From assembly GCF_009914755.1 (NCBI RefSeq), contig NC_060930.1: DNA of 64,000 nt, one strand, 5' to 3'. The position numbers and the translations under genes are program-made. Origin of the DNA: the human T2T-CHM13v2.0 reference genome, Homo sapiens. This document shows positions 42,635 to 60,726 of this stretch, piece by piece. Position 1 is the stretch's first letter. Every line of letters starts with the position of its first letter. Under the pieces are notes generated by a model. That model had not been told where the DNA came from and made no database searches. It was given only the letters and a program-made list of their open reading frames with translations.

Positions 42635-43591
42635 GGAAAATACTAAATACATACAAATTACCATATTCGAATTGATTTTTTTTCTACCCCTAGGAAGGTA
42701 ACAAATAGTGATAACTTCCTCAGTCTAGCTATTTGTAGATATAAATGTATATGTATTTATTTATAAATGTATATGACTCAAAGGCAGCAGAAAAATAAAG
42801 ATAATTTTAGAAGATGCAAATTAATAAAGAATGTTAAACCATTAGAATTATCCAGCGAAATAATTTTTATAAAAGATAAATACCATAGTGCCCATCAGGT
42901 GAGTAGAGTTATGCTTTACCATTTTTGTTTTAGTGAATTTTAAATGTATCTTCAAATAGATCTCATAATAGATCTACTAGATGTTGAAATAGTGAATAAT
43001 TCAATTAGAGTTATCATTTTGCATGCAAGTTTTCATAAAATCATCTGCCTTGGCATAATGTTTTCATGTCTGTAATAATCTTAATTTTAAATTTTTAGTG
43101 TAGAAGTATAATTTCACTTTCATTTCTTTTCCCTTTAATCGCATGTTTATTTCATGAAACATGTAATCTCCAGAGGAGTGATTCAGCAGACTGTGATATA
43201 TTAATGTAAAAAGTGCAATAGTTTCACTGCTTTTGATGAAGAGAACTATGTAGAAATATGGAGAGAAGTGATATGGAACTAAAAATTCACATTCAGAATA
43301 ATGTATGAACTTGAAAGAAACTAAATAAAATTTTAAAAAGGAGAGAGTTTGTATGTAGTGATTTAGGTCCTTGAAATAGTTTTAGTTTTTATATTGTTAT
43401 CAGTAAGTTTTTTCTTTTAGTCTTCTTTGACCAAATGCCTAAAATATACGTATATTATAATTGAATGTTTGTTAATTTCCTAATTCATTTGCTGTATGAT
43501 TAATCACCACATTTAAATATGCTAAATGTAAACATGTGAAGAGACATTTTCTCAATAGAAAAGAATGAAATGAACTTTGTGTTTTGCTTAA

Positions 43592-43921
<330 letters not shown>

Positions 43922-44978
43922 TTAAAAAATTTTTTCAGTTCATTAAAACTTCAAACTCTAGTCCTAGTGATAATAAACATTTTGATGGCATGTATTTTCT
44001 CATTTGATATAACACATATTTTTACTCCAAAAAACAAATTTATTTAGATTTTTTGTTTCTGTATATAAAGAAGATTGTGGAATGTCAAAAAATAAATGTG
44101 AGCCCCAATTTAGCAAAATAAGTGAAATAATCCTCAGCCATGGCAGCAACTTAATAATTTGGAAAGACACTTTGTCCTTAATATGTAGCTTCTAAAGTGT
44201 GGATGTGATACCCATGATCACTGATGCCACTGGTGTCTGCTGTGTATATGCTGGATGCACTTTGCAAATGCTACCTCTAATCTTCATAGTACCTGCATTT
44301 TACACTTGCAGAAATTGAAACAATGATTAAGCATCTTACTCCAAGTAATCCAGTCTCCAAATACATGTATCCTAAGAACCATCAAAGATATTATTACAAT
44401 CTTCACAGCTTTGCCAGTTTATCTTCTCAAAGCCTGCCAATAATACCTACCATGAACTTCCTCTGCAAAGATCTGCATTATTTGGTGAATATTATGGGTA
44501 GGAAAGCAGTAAGATGGGCATTAGGAGACATGTTCTAGGACTACTTTGCTACCAGTTAACTATGTGAACTTGGACAATTAGTTTCTCTCAGCCTCAGTTT
44601 TCTTCTTAAAAAATGTCAGGGTTAAGCTAAAGGTTTACCTAACTCTAAACATTTTCTTCTAGCTTAAATATTTCTTTGAATAGGGATTTCTTTCTATGGG
44701 AAAAAATAGGACTCTCAATGTCATGTTGAGGGAGCTCTTGCAAAGGAAAAAGTCCTTATTGAGAGGCAACTGTGCTTCGACTCTTTGCCATAGGAAATCC
44801 TCTTGTTTTTACTTGCTCCTTCTCCTTAAACATCATATTTATCACACATGAAAGTGTATTATTAACAACTTCCCTATTTAATATTAATGGACAAAAATCG
44901 GGTGCCGTAGAATACTGACCTTTGAGGAGTAGGAGTTATGTACATTTAAGTGATTTATCTTTAAAAAAATTATTTTAA

Positions 44979-45278
<300 letters not shown>

Positions 45279-45542
45279 TTAATTAATAATTTTAAGAAGC
45301 TCATAAGCCAGTATGAACGTATTTAAATTAGCTATTATCTTTATGATTTCTATTATTATGAGAACTAAAAATAGTAAAATAAAATGAAAGTTGTTTTTCA
45401 CTTTTATTTGCCTTCCTGTGTTCTTATCTATATGATTATATTGTCTCCCCGCAGTCCAATTGATAAATCCTTAAAGGATTTTGAAACATTCTGCCTGTAC
45501 AGGATCTTGACTCAGTGTCTAGCTAACATGCTGGTTTTCGGG

Positions 45543-45574
<32 letters not shown>

Positions 45575-48289
45575 CCTAATGGGAAAATGTTGCATTACCC
45601 CCAACTCAGCCATGTTCTTCCGGCCCTAAGTTTGGAGCCCTTGACTTTAACCTAGCTGTGCCTTTTGTCTGATTAGGAGGGGCTATTTATTAGGAGTCAC
45701 ACAAAATAAACACGAAAAGTTTGCCATAAAATATGACAACCACTTTAAATAATGTTAACTTAATTAAACTTTAAACTTTATTTATATAGTTTATGGCTTT
45801 AGTGTGAGCTCTTCTCGGATGTTTACTTCAGTGGAAAATCCATCATGTGAGTGCCTTGAAAGGAATTAATCCCCTTACCCCTGGCACAGAGCTCAGCTCC
45901 AACAATTCAGATCTAAATATTTAGTGATGGATGATACATGTTTATGGAACAGAGGGCAGCATGACATTTAAATGTGAACTGCGGTTTCCATCATGAGCAT
46001 ATGGTTGAAAAGACACTGGAAGCTGAAGTTATGCCAACCAACGGAAGTTGATAAGTTTTTTTTTTTATGCTTGCCTTTTTTTTTTCTCCCTTTTGTCCAT
46101 CCCATCTGTTTCTGAAGTCTCTTTAACAAAACTATTCTTACAGTCAACTTTCCAGAAAAGAAGTTCTGCTGACTCTCGTGCATTTGGTAGTGCATCCCAT
46201 GGTTAAACTAATAGCCTTGCTGGGTGTCAGCCAAAGGTTACAGGCCTCTCAAAATATTCCTGGAAAAAAAAAGTTTATCACTAAACCGAAGTTTCTCATT
46301 AGTAACCCTGTGGTGTCTAATCTGTGAAATTACATGATTAACTCCTTTGCAGAGTCTGCTGCAGTTAGAGCTTGCAATCCCACAGGAAGTTATTAAAAGT
46401 ATCACCAAGATAATTCTCTAGCTTTGTACTTGGCCCCTGGGGTAAAGGAAATAGATCATTAGATGAGTACTTTATAATAAAGTCATAGATCACTCACAAT
46501 TATTAAATGACTGTCAAGGAAGATTATTATTTTAAAAGTTGAGGACAGTGTGATTTGAAAAACAAACAAAAACCATGAAAGAATTTCTTACTTCCTTTGT
46601 TTTGGAAAAGAAATGGGAAACATACTGTTTTCTCCCCCATGCTGTTTGAAGTTGATATTTTAATGTCTCTTTCACACACAGATATCTTACCTTGTGCTTT
46701 TTTTTTTTTTTTTGCCTAATGTTGTTTAATTGTTCCTTAAATGAAAGACATGTTTCTTATTGTAAGTAAATAAAAGATGCAGAAAAAAGTCAGAGAAAAT
46801 AGAATGGAGAAATATTTCATGAATATGTGTAAATAGCGGAAGGAGCTTTTTCCTATAGAAGACATGTGGCCATGTGCGTGGTCAGTAACTCACTGGAGGT
46901 TCTTAGAGATTATTCTAGTTACTCATTTGATACAAAAAACAATCTTTATTAGCCAGGACACTCTGCCCTTGATAAGAGCAGAATACAAATATACCAATCT
47001 TACAAGGAAAAGCAATACCAGATAGCTCTCATTATTAGTCCAAATCTGCTACACAGTGCAGCTGTTCTTGGTAAATTCAGTAAGATATTGGCTTTCTGAG
47101 CTATACTCTGGATTCTGAATCTTACTCTGGTCCAGACAGAAATGTTCCATGTGTCTGCCTCTTGTTTTGCTTTCTAAAATATTTACTGTAACTTCTTTAT
47201 TTTAAAAAAAATCCTAGTTAATCAAGTACATGATTTCTTTTGAAACCAATTCTTGACCAGGCTGGAGTTTTATAATAAAAGCCTTGTGGGTTATTGAACC
47301 AAACCATTCAGATGCCTGAGTTTGACTAATTACACTGGCACTTGGCACTGGCTCAATAGTGATGTTTAAAGATGCCGAGTGGACTCAGTAGAAAATGCCT
47401 GTCATGTGAAAAAATTCTTGCACACATAATGCCAAACGTTTTACAAATTCCTGACTGTCAGACCCACTAAAGGGGACAAAGCAGGACACTGGTAAAAGAT
47501 TGATTTTTTTGTTGTTGTTTTCATTCCCTATGATTGTCTGAGTCTAACCAGAAAAAGAACATTATCCTACAATTTCATTAAAAGGAAGTAGATGACAGTT
47601 GAAAAAGAAATCCAGGTTTTCCATGCAACACTTGGACAGCAGTTTCTTTGAACAGTTATATAATCAGCTTCTGATATGTAGAATATTACTTCAAAACAAA
47701 AAAGTACACCAATCCAAAGCCTTAGTTTTACCCATCATTTCAGGTCAATAGAAGCATAAAATGCAGTGTAGAGATCAACAGACACTCTATTAAAGACTGA
47801 TGCAGAGGGAAATTCTTGTATTATAGATGCCCTTCTGTGCTTTCATATCTCCCTCAGGGGCCCAAAAAGGACACTAGTAAGGTGTGCGTGAAAACACATC
47901 TAGTTGCCACCCCAACAACATTTAAAGCATGTGATAAGATGTGGCTGTGGTGGTTCTTGTAGTAATTCTTAATCACTCTTGTCAGGGGTGCTGACTTCCC
48001 AGGGTTGTCAAACTGCCCATGCAGAGGGCCAGCTTGGGATGCAAAGGGGACTTCTGGGGTGTGATTTGAGGCCTGCAGAACGGATGCCCACCCAAAACAT
48101 CTGCCTCAGTCGTAAGCCATGGTGCTGGGAACTCCCGGGAAACCATTCATTTCTTTAATATAAAAATGGGAAAATGCACATCTGTGTTCAGGGTTAGGAA
48201 AAATGTAGAGCCACAGACATTCATGAGTACATTAGTGCTAATTAACAGGTTACATTAGTCACCTCAAAGAGTCCTAATTCTATATTTTA

Positions 48290-48525
48290 TTTAATATATA
48301 TTGACCATTTACATGTGTCAGGAACTGTGCTAAGTTTGTATATTAATGCATTTGATGCATACAACATGCTTATGAGGTAAACACCATCATCTCCCAATTT
48401 TACAAATAAAAGCAGGAGTAGAGAAATGGGACGCAGTTTCCCCAGTACCATACAACTGAGAGACGATAGGGCCAAGATATAAACCAAAGTAGTCTTAGCC
48501 CAGGACTATACTTATTGTTTATACT
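48290..48525 (-). mobile_element. MIR SINE
   Basis: catgtgtcaggaactgtgctaag...tatgaggtaaacaccatcatctcccaattttaca. Confidence 0.72.
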
Positions 48526-49544
48526 GCTTCTGTGTGAGGCACTGGATGAGGCTCAGAACAGATGGGTTTGGAGAGAGCATAAGAAGCAAGTAAGGGCCCA
48601 CTGGAAATTCTGTAGGTGGAAAGCTGTCTCCAAAGGCAAAATTCATGCTGCTGTTGGGGACTTGAGATAAGAGAAGGAAGACTCTCCAAGGTCAACCTTG
48701 TCTGCTATACCATTTTTCCCGTGACTACCCCGGCCTGCTTTCTGTAGGAATCCCATCATCACCCTAGGTCCACTACACATGACTTTGCTTCTTAACAAAG
48801 AAGAGCAGAATGCAGAAAATATCACTGTCATAATATCACAGAATGCTGGAGGTATATTAACTTAGATAGATGGTTTCCCTGGTCTCCATCCAGATGAAGA
48901 AACAAATCACCCAGAAAAGTTAAGCAGTTTCCCCAATGTCCCCCAGTGTGCTAGTCCCAAAGCTCAAACTAGAAGCCAAGTGTCTACCATAAAATGACTC
49001 ACATCTGTCCCATACCCCATCCTCTAAAAAAAAAGCATCTGATGTGATCTCTGTATATCTCGACAATGAGTTCTGCTTCTTATGAAATCCGGTAGGATTT
49101 TCTCTGTGCTTTAGTTGCATGACTTCTATCATTAGAAGGATGGCATCAGCATAATTCCCATAGATATATGACTAAAGTAGTTATATTCAAATGCCCAGGC
49201 TTACTTAATGGACTTCAAGAACCAAGCACTGGGGAAGGAGCAAGTAGATCGCACTTCAAGGTCTCTTAGCATCTTTCTGAAGGCAACCTGCTAAGTTCGT
49301 TCCCAAAATCACATACACATACACACAAGTTATGAGAATTTATTTATGATGACAGCTGTGATGTTTCTTTGGACCTGCCATAGACATCAATGTTCTGTGA
49401 ATGGTCTAATCAGCTCCATTAAATGCTATTTTTAGTGGGCTTTGGATTCAGACTTACCTAAGTTCAACCCTATATCCCCCATTTCCCAACTAGGTAAAGC
49501 TGGATAATCTAACTGCCCTCCATGCAGAGCCATTGTGGAGTGGG

Positions 49545-49790
49545 ACAAACATTGTCTTCAGAGCTACAAAGAACTGACTTGAATTCTTCTCCCCCTACTC
49601 ATTAGCTATAGATGATTGGATAAGTTACTCAACTTTTCTGAATCTGTGTCTTCATCTGTAAAATATGTGCTATGACTCCTGCCTGTTCGAGCATCTAATT
49701 TTCAAGTACGTGGTGAGAATTAAATGAGATTATATTTTTCAAATGCTTGGCACAGTGCTGGGCACAAAGTATATGCACAGGAAATGTTGA
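49545..49790 (+). mobile_element. MIR SINE
   Basis: ttggataagttactcaacttttctgaatctgtgtcttcatctgtaaaat...gtgagaattaaatgaga. Confidence 0.75.
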
Positions 49791-50304
49791 TTTCTTTGTC
49801 TTTTCCTTTCTGAGTCTTAGTCCCCATATCTGTAATCAGTGAATAATACAATTTACCTTGGGAGGTTTTGTGTCATTTCACAAGGTATGTGAATACATAA
49901 AGAACCACACACTCACTAAGGAGAGGCTGAAAATAAATGAGTAGCAAGGAGCCTTGTTGCCAAGTCACAGAGGACTGAGCTTGGGTGTCTACAGTTCCCC
50001 GACCAGAGTCTGGAGTCAGAGCAGAGCTTTTGATCTCTGTAGAGATGCATCCAGCAGAGGGGGAGGTGGGGACACATATAGTTACCAAGTGGCTCCTCTG
50101 CAAAAAGAAGGTGGACACAAAAACCAAGTAGAATCATGTAACAGAAAGTCTCCGGTAAGGGCTAGCAAGTGTAACATCCCTGGACCATCCATAAGAAGGA
50201 AGATGGAGGATGCACTGGGCTTTACCAGGCACTGCTACGTAAACATCACAAAATACAGCGCTAAGGAATACTCGACATAACCAGCCACCCACACAATTGG
50301 AGTG

Positions 50305-54096
<3,792 letters not shown>

Positions 54097-54931
54097 CTCA
54101 ATTAAAAAACCCATGAGCTTTCTATAACAATTTGCTATTTCTTTCCAGTTATATTATGCCTTAAAAGTAGATTACCAATTCAACTTTTCCAGCCTTAATT
54201 TATGCCTAGTCATAGAATCAGATTTTTACTCATCCAGAATAGACTTGTATACTAAGGTTAAAATCTGAGAATTGGATTGTGTAATATTTCATTGATTATA
54301 TTATACTCATTTGTTCACATTTAACATCTTTGAAATGAAGATTGTCTTATAATGAATGATAAGAAAGTATTTGTCATAGGTTGATTATGATAGTTTAATT
54401 TTTCTTTCTTCATGACGTTTAAACTAATGATGTGTTTTCAATGGATGGCTTTTTATATTTGATGAAATGTGGTTCTTGGCTCTTCAATGAAACTCTGTAA
54501 AATTAGGCAAAGCAGAGTAATCCTGTTTATTCCTAGCTTTGCTCCAGGCTGTCTAACAAACTGGGATGGGAATAGGTACTCTATTTAAAGCAGGGTGGTG
54601 TTTGGGAGTTCCATCTCCCATTGCCACTGTCATTCCTTACCCTCCCCCATGGCCCAGTTCTAACAATAACATTTCTATTTCTTCTTTAAATCTGCCTTTG
54701 GATAATTTTTAAATGATGTTAATTTTATTATGATCTCAAGTTATTTATATTCCCTTCCTCCTACCTTTTTTTCAGTTAACCAAAAGTTCAGTCTTTTTTT
54801 ATTAAGGCTTTTTCCATAATTCCTTTAAAATTGAAATAAAAATGGAACATTTTTTGTCTATGTTCTTTACATAAATATATATGTAGAAGTTTGAGTGATT
54901 AAAATATAAACTGTCAAAAAAAAAAAAAAAA
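54097..54931 (+). other. L1 3' transduction (~820 bp of non-L1 DNA plus second poly(A))
   Basis: Lies between the L1 A tail and a second A tail (54916-54931); ATTAAA at 54898; enclosed by TSD aaagaaacagaatatta (50819-50835 and 54929-54945). Confidence 0.93.
54282..54473. mobile_element. Decayed TcMar-Tc2 MITE (MER104-like) within the transduced DNA
   Basis: tatttcattgatt...ttcacatttaacatctttgaaat and tttgatgaaatgtggt form imperfect inverted ends; recalled consensus. Confidence 0.55.
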
Positions 54932-55040
54932 GAAACAGAATATTAAGGATAGAGTTTTTCTTGTGGGTTTTGGGGTTTCTGGAGTTGGCTGCTTAATATG
55001 ATTAGACCAAAAAAATGCTAAGGACTCTACTTCTAATAAT

Positions 55041-56860
55041 ATGAAGAACGTTGATAGTCCTTGGCATGAACTGTTTAGAGAGTTATGCAAAATAAATGCA
55101 TTTGATAATCCTGATTCATCGCTCATGAGAGACAAGGAGTTTAGTGACTCTATATATAATACCTTTGACCATATGAGAACCAACGAACATAATGAAGCTG
55201 GTTGGTTGCTCCTAAGTTCAGTGGACAAAGTGACGAAAGAAAATGATGAACTCAGGGATTCTATCTCCAGGCTTCAGAAGCAGATACTGAGCCTCAAATC
55301 TGCTAAGATTGCCCTGAGTGAGAGTCTTATCTCCTGTAGAGAAAGAGCTGAAATCAGGGGAAAACAGACACCGGCTCTTATCATGCAAGTGTCTGACCTG
55401 CAACAAAAGGTGCACGCACAGCCTCGCCAGGTGTCCACTGTTAAAGTGAGGGCATTGATTGGAAAAGAATGGGACCCTGTAACTTGGAATGAGGATGTGT
55501 CAGAGGACCCTGATGAAGCTGGGGACACTGAGTTTGTAAACTCCGATGAACCTTTTTTGCCAGAAGAAACAGCTTCCCCAACCCCAGTAGTGGCAACATC
55601 ACTCCTGAACCCATGCTGCCCTCAGCATTTCCACCTTTGTCTGAGGAGATAAACCCTGTGCTGCCTGAGGCACAGTAATGGCCTCCTGTGAGGCAGTTGC
55701 CAGGCAAGATAATGTTGTTTCTCCTCATGAGACACCCGCAACACCCCGGTTTGCTTCTAGACCTATAACTAAAGTCCCAGTGGGCCCCTAGAGGTGAAGT
55801 TGAGAGCATGACCCTTGAGGAGGTATGCTACATTCAAAAAGAACTGCTTGACTTTTCTAATTTATATAAACAGAAATCTGGAGAACAAGCATGGGAATGG
55901 ATATTAAGTTGTGGGATAATGGTGGAAGGAACATAAGAGTTGGATTAGGCTGAATTTATTGATTTGGGCCCTCTAAGTAGGTATTCTGCATTTAATGTTG
56001 CAGCTTGGGGAGTTAAAAAAGGTTCTAATAGTTTATTTGCTTGGTTAGCTGAAATATGGATTAAAAGACGGTCCACTGTGAGTGAGCTGGAAATGCCTGA
56101 TCTCTCTTGGTTTAATGTAGAGGAAGGGATCCAAAGGCTTAGGGAGACTGGGATGGTGGAGTGGATTAGTCACTTTAGACCTACTCATCCCAGCTGGGAG
56201 GGTCCAGAAGATATACCCTTGACCAATGCCTTGTCAAATAGATTTGTGAGGGCAGCACCAGCATCTTTGAAGAGAATATGTAATTGCTCTTCTCTGTATG
56301 CCAGATCTAACAGTGGGAACTGCAGTCACTCAACTATAAAATTGAAATACAACGGGAATAATTGGATCCCAAGGTGGGAGGAACCAAGTGGCAGAACTCA
56401 ACCATCAAATGCAAGGTAGGCGTAACTACCGTAATGGACAGCAGAGGCAAAGAGGCAATCAGAATAGTTTGACACGTGTAAAGCTCTGGCATTGGCTAAT
56501 TAATAATGGTGTTCCCAAAAAGTGAAATTGACAGAAGCTTACTGCATTCCTACTTAGTTTACACAAGCAGAAAACTTCTAGGTAGAATGGACAAAAGACT
56601 AATTTGAATTATAAAAACAGAGAGTCGTGGCGCCTCAACCAACTTCCAGACTTGAACCATTCCTGCCACCCTGGTTTCTCTTCCTAGCCTGCACCAATGG
56701 CCTCATGGGGAGTTTCCTATGATCAGTTGACAGAGGAAGGGAAGACTAGGGCCTAGTTCACAGATGGTTCTGCACGATATGCAGGCACCATCTGAAAGTG
56801 GACAGCTGCAGCACTACAGCCACTTTACAGACCCAGAACCCCTGGAATGAAGGAGAGACC
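55041..56860 (+). pseudogene. HERV-L gag, disrupted
   Basis: ORF fragments DSPWHELFRELCKINAFD...ALIGKEWDPVTWNEDV and LFAWLAEIWIKR...GIQRLRE. Confidence 0.85.
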
Positions 56861-56868
56861 AGGTCCCC

Positions 56869-59800
56869 TTGAGGAAGGACCCCACTATATTACCAACAAT
56901 TTATGCAGTGAATGTTTCTCCCATCCTTTCCCAAGGAGACCTCTCGCCTTTTACTAGGGTAATTGTGCACAGAGAAAAAGGAAATGATCAGACATTTTGG
57001 GGACTACTGTACACTGGCTCTGAGCTAACATTGATTCCAGGGGACCTAAAATGTCACTGTGGTCCACCAGTTAAAGTAGGGGCTTATGGTGGTCAGGTAA
57101 TTAATGGAGTTTTAGCTCAGGTATGACTTACAGTGGGTCCAGTGAGTCCCCGGACTCATCCTGTGGTCATTTCCCTAGTGCCAAAACGCATAATTGGCTT
57201 AGAGATACTTAGCAGCTGGTAGAAACCTGACATTGGCTCCCTGACTGGTAGGGTGAGGGCTATTATGGTGAGAAAGGCCAAGTGGAAGCCATTAGAGCTG
57301 TCTCTACCTAGAAAAATAGTAAATAAAATACAATATTACATCCCTGGAGGGATTTCTGAGATTAGTGCCACCATCAAGGACTTGAAAGATGCAGGGGTGG
57401 TGATTCCTACCACATCCCTGTTCAACTCTCCCATTTGGCCAGTGCAGAAGACAGATCGATCTTGGAGAATGATAGTGGTTTATCATAAACTTAAACAAGT
57501 GGTGACTCTAATTGCAGCTGCTGTACCAGATGTGGTTTCATTGCTTGAGCAAATTAACACATTTCCTGGTACTGGTATGCACCTGTTGACTTGCCAAATG
57601 TCTTTTTTCTCCATTCCTGTCCATAAGGCCCACCAGAAGCAATTTGCCTTCAGCTGGCAAGGCCAGCAATATACCTTTACTGTTCTACGTCAGGGATATA
57701 TCATCTCTCCTGCTTTGTGTTATAATCTCATTCAGAGAGAACCTGATCGCTTTTCACTTCTGCAAGAAGTCACACTGGTCCATTACATTGATGACATTAT
57801 GCTGATTGGATCCAGTGAGCAAGAAGTAGCAAACACACTGGACCTATTGGTGAGACATTTGTGTGTCAGGGGTTGGAAAATAAATCTGATTAAAATTCAA
57901 GGAGCTTCTTCCTCAGTAAAATTTCCAGGGGTCCAGTGGTGTAGGACCTGTTGAGATATTCCTTTTAAGGTGAAGAATAAGTTGCTGCCTTTGGCCCTTC
58001 CTACAACTAAGAAAAAGGCACAATGCCTAGTGGGTCTTTTTGGATTTTGGAGACAACACATTCCTCATTTGGGTGTGTTACTCTGGCCCATTTATCAAAT
58101 GACCTGAAAGGCGGCCAGTTTTGAGTGGGGTCCAGAACAGAAGAAGACTCTGCAACAGGTCCAGGCTGCTGTGCAAACTGCTCTGCCACTTGGGCCATAT
58201 GACCCAGTAGATCCAATGGTGCTTGAGGTGTCAGTGGCATATAGGGATGCTCTTTGGAGCCTTAGGCAGGCCCCCATAGAGGAATCACAGCAGAGACCTC
58301 TAGGATTTTGGAGCAAGACCCTGCCATCTTCTGCAGATAACTACACTCCTTTTGAGAGACAGCTCTTGGCTTGTTACTGGGCTTTGGTTGAAACTGAACG
58401 TTTGACTATGGGTCATCAAGTCACCATGTGACCTGAACTGCCTATCATCAACTAGGTGCTTTCTGACCCATCTAGCCATAAAGTGGGTCATGCATTCCAT
58501 CATCAAATGGAAGTGGTATATAGGCGATCGGGCTTGAGCATATCCTGAAGGCACAAGTAAGTTACACAAGGAAATGTCTCAAATGCCCATGGTCTCCACT
58601 CCTTCCACCCTGCCTTCTCTTCCCCAACCTGCACCAATGGCCTCATGGGGAGTTTCCTATGATCAGTTAACAGGAAGGGAAGACTAGGGCCTGGTTCACA
58701 GATAGTTCTGCACGATATGCAGGCACCATCTGAAAGTGGACAGCTGCAGCACTACAGCCCCTTTTTAGGACATTCCTGAAGGACAGCGGTGAAGGGAAAT
58801 CTTCCCAGTGGGCAGAACCTCGAGCAGTGCACCAGTTTGTGCACTTTGAATGGAAGGAGAAATTGCCTGATGTGCGATTATATACTGATTCATGGGTGGT
58901 AACCAATGGTTTGGCTGGATGCTCAGGGACTTGGAAGAAGTATGATTGGAAAATTGGTGGCAAAGAAATTTGGAGAAGAGGTATGTGGATGGACCTCTCT
59001 GAGTTATCAAAAACTGACAATATTTGTATCCCATGTGAGTGCTCACCAATGCGTGACCTCAGCAGAGGAGGATTTCAATAATCAAGTGGATAAGATGACC
59101 CATTTTGCGGTCACTACGCAGCCTCTTTCCCCAGCCACTCCTGTCATTGCCCAGTGGGCCCGTGAACCAAAAGGCCATGGTGGCAGGGATGGAGGTTATG
59201 CATGGGCTCAGCAACATGGACTTCCACTCACCAAGGGTGACCTGGCTATGGCCACTGCTGAGTGCCCAGTTTGCCAGCAGCAGAAACCAACACTGAGCCT
59301 TTGATATGGCACCATTCCACAGGGTGGTCAGCCAGCTACCTGGTGGCAGGTTGATTATATTGGACCTCTTCCATCATGGAAAGGGCAGAGATTTGTCCTC
59401 ACTGGAATAGACACTTACTCCGGATATGGGTTTGCCTATTCTGCACGCAATGCTTCTGCCAAGACCACCGTCTGTGGACTCATGGAATGCCTTATCCACT
59501 GTCATGGTATTCCACACAGCATTGCCTCTGACAAAGGCACTCATTTTATGGCTAAAGAAATGCGGCAGTGAGCTCCTGCTCATGGGATTCACTGGTCTTA
59601 CCATGGTCCCCATCATCCCGAAACAGCTGGATTGATAGAAGAGTAGAATGCCCTTTTGAAGTCACAATTACAATGCCAACTAGGTGACAATACTTTGCAG
59701 GGCTGGAGCAAAGTTCTCTAGAGGGCCATGTATGTTCTGAATCAGCGTCCAATATATGATACTGTTTCTCCCATAGCCAGGATTCACAGGTTCAGGAATC
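56869..59800 (+). pseudogene. HERV-L pro-pol (protease, RT, RNase H, integrase), disrupted
   Basis: LLYTGSELTLI (mutated DTG), NSPIWPVQK, HYIDDIML, YTPFERQLLA, LYTDSW, GHGG...ECPVCQ; several stops and frameshifts. Confidence 0.92.
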
Positions 59801-59879
59801 AAGTGTGGAAGTGGAAGTGGCACCACTCACCATCACCCCTAGTGATCCATTAGCAAAATTTTTCCTTCCACTAGCAAAA

Positions 59880-60200
59880 TGTTCCCACGACATTACCTTC
59901 TGCTGGTCTAGAGGTTTTAGTTCCAGAGGGAGGAACGCTGCCACCAGGGGACACAACGATTCCATTGAACTGGAAGTTAAGATTGCCACCTGGATAGTTT
60001 GGGCTCCTCCTACCTTTAAGTCAACAGGCTAAGGAGGGAGTTATAGTGTTGGCTGGGGTGATTGACCCAGACAATCAAGACAAAATCAGTCTATTACTCC
60101 ACAACAGAGGTAGGGAAGAGTATGCATGGAATACAGGCAATCCATTAAGGTGTCTCTTAGTATTACCATACCCTGTGAATAAGGTCAATGGGAAACTACA
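59880..60200 (+). pseudogene. HERV-L dUTPase remnant
   Basis: Post-integrase position typical of ERVL; encodes IPLNWKLRLPPG and VLAGVIDPD-like motifs. Confidence 0.75.
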
Positions 60201-60574
60201 ACAGCCCAACTGAGGCAGGACTACAAATGGCCCAGACCCCCAGGAATGAAAGTTTGGGTCACTCCACCAGGAAAAAAAAAAAAAAAAAAAAAAAAAAACA
60301 CGACCTGCTAAGGTGCTTGCTGAAGGCAAAGAGAATACAGAATGGGAACAAACATGTCTATCTTAAGCTATGGAAATATTTTTAAAAACCTAAAAGAATC
60401 CCTGTAAGTGTAAATTCCCCTGCTTTTTAAAATTAGAATGATTGGGAAACAGAGTGATACTATTTCTCATGACTTACTCTGAGATGCTCTTTTAAAAAAA
60501 TTAAGTTTGAAGGAATAACTCATCAGCTCATATCCCTGATACCTGCTCCCATAGACACACAGACACACAAACAA

Positions 60575-60726
60575 GTTAAATTTGAATTTGGATAAATAAC
60601 AAAAAAGTGAAGTATGTCCTGTGAAATATGCTCCATTGCGTGGGGCATACTTATACTAAAAAAAAAATTATTCTTTGTTTTTTGACATTTTGATTTAGCT
60701 GGGTGATCTTGCTAAATCTGGTAACA
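60575..60726. mobile_element. MER53-like palindromic hAT MITE
   Basis: gttaaatttgaattt...aagtatgtcc...catacttatactaaaaa...gctaaatctggtaac internal inverted structure. Confidence 0.7.

Larger units (their letters stand above)
54946..60346 (+). mobile_element. HERV-L internal region (gag-pro-pol-dUTPase), 3'-truncated with no 3' LTR
   Basis: Continues the leader after the TSD; gag, protease, RT, RNase H, integrase and dUTPase remnants; similarity to the 28824-30702 ERVL stops at gaatacagaatggg. Confidence 0.94.

Noticed and set aside
55041-59304. HERV-L gag/pol ORFs of 130-233 aa as domesticated genes
   Set aside because: They are fragments bounded by frameshifts and stops, and the protease catalytic D is mutated; consistent with neutral decay.
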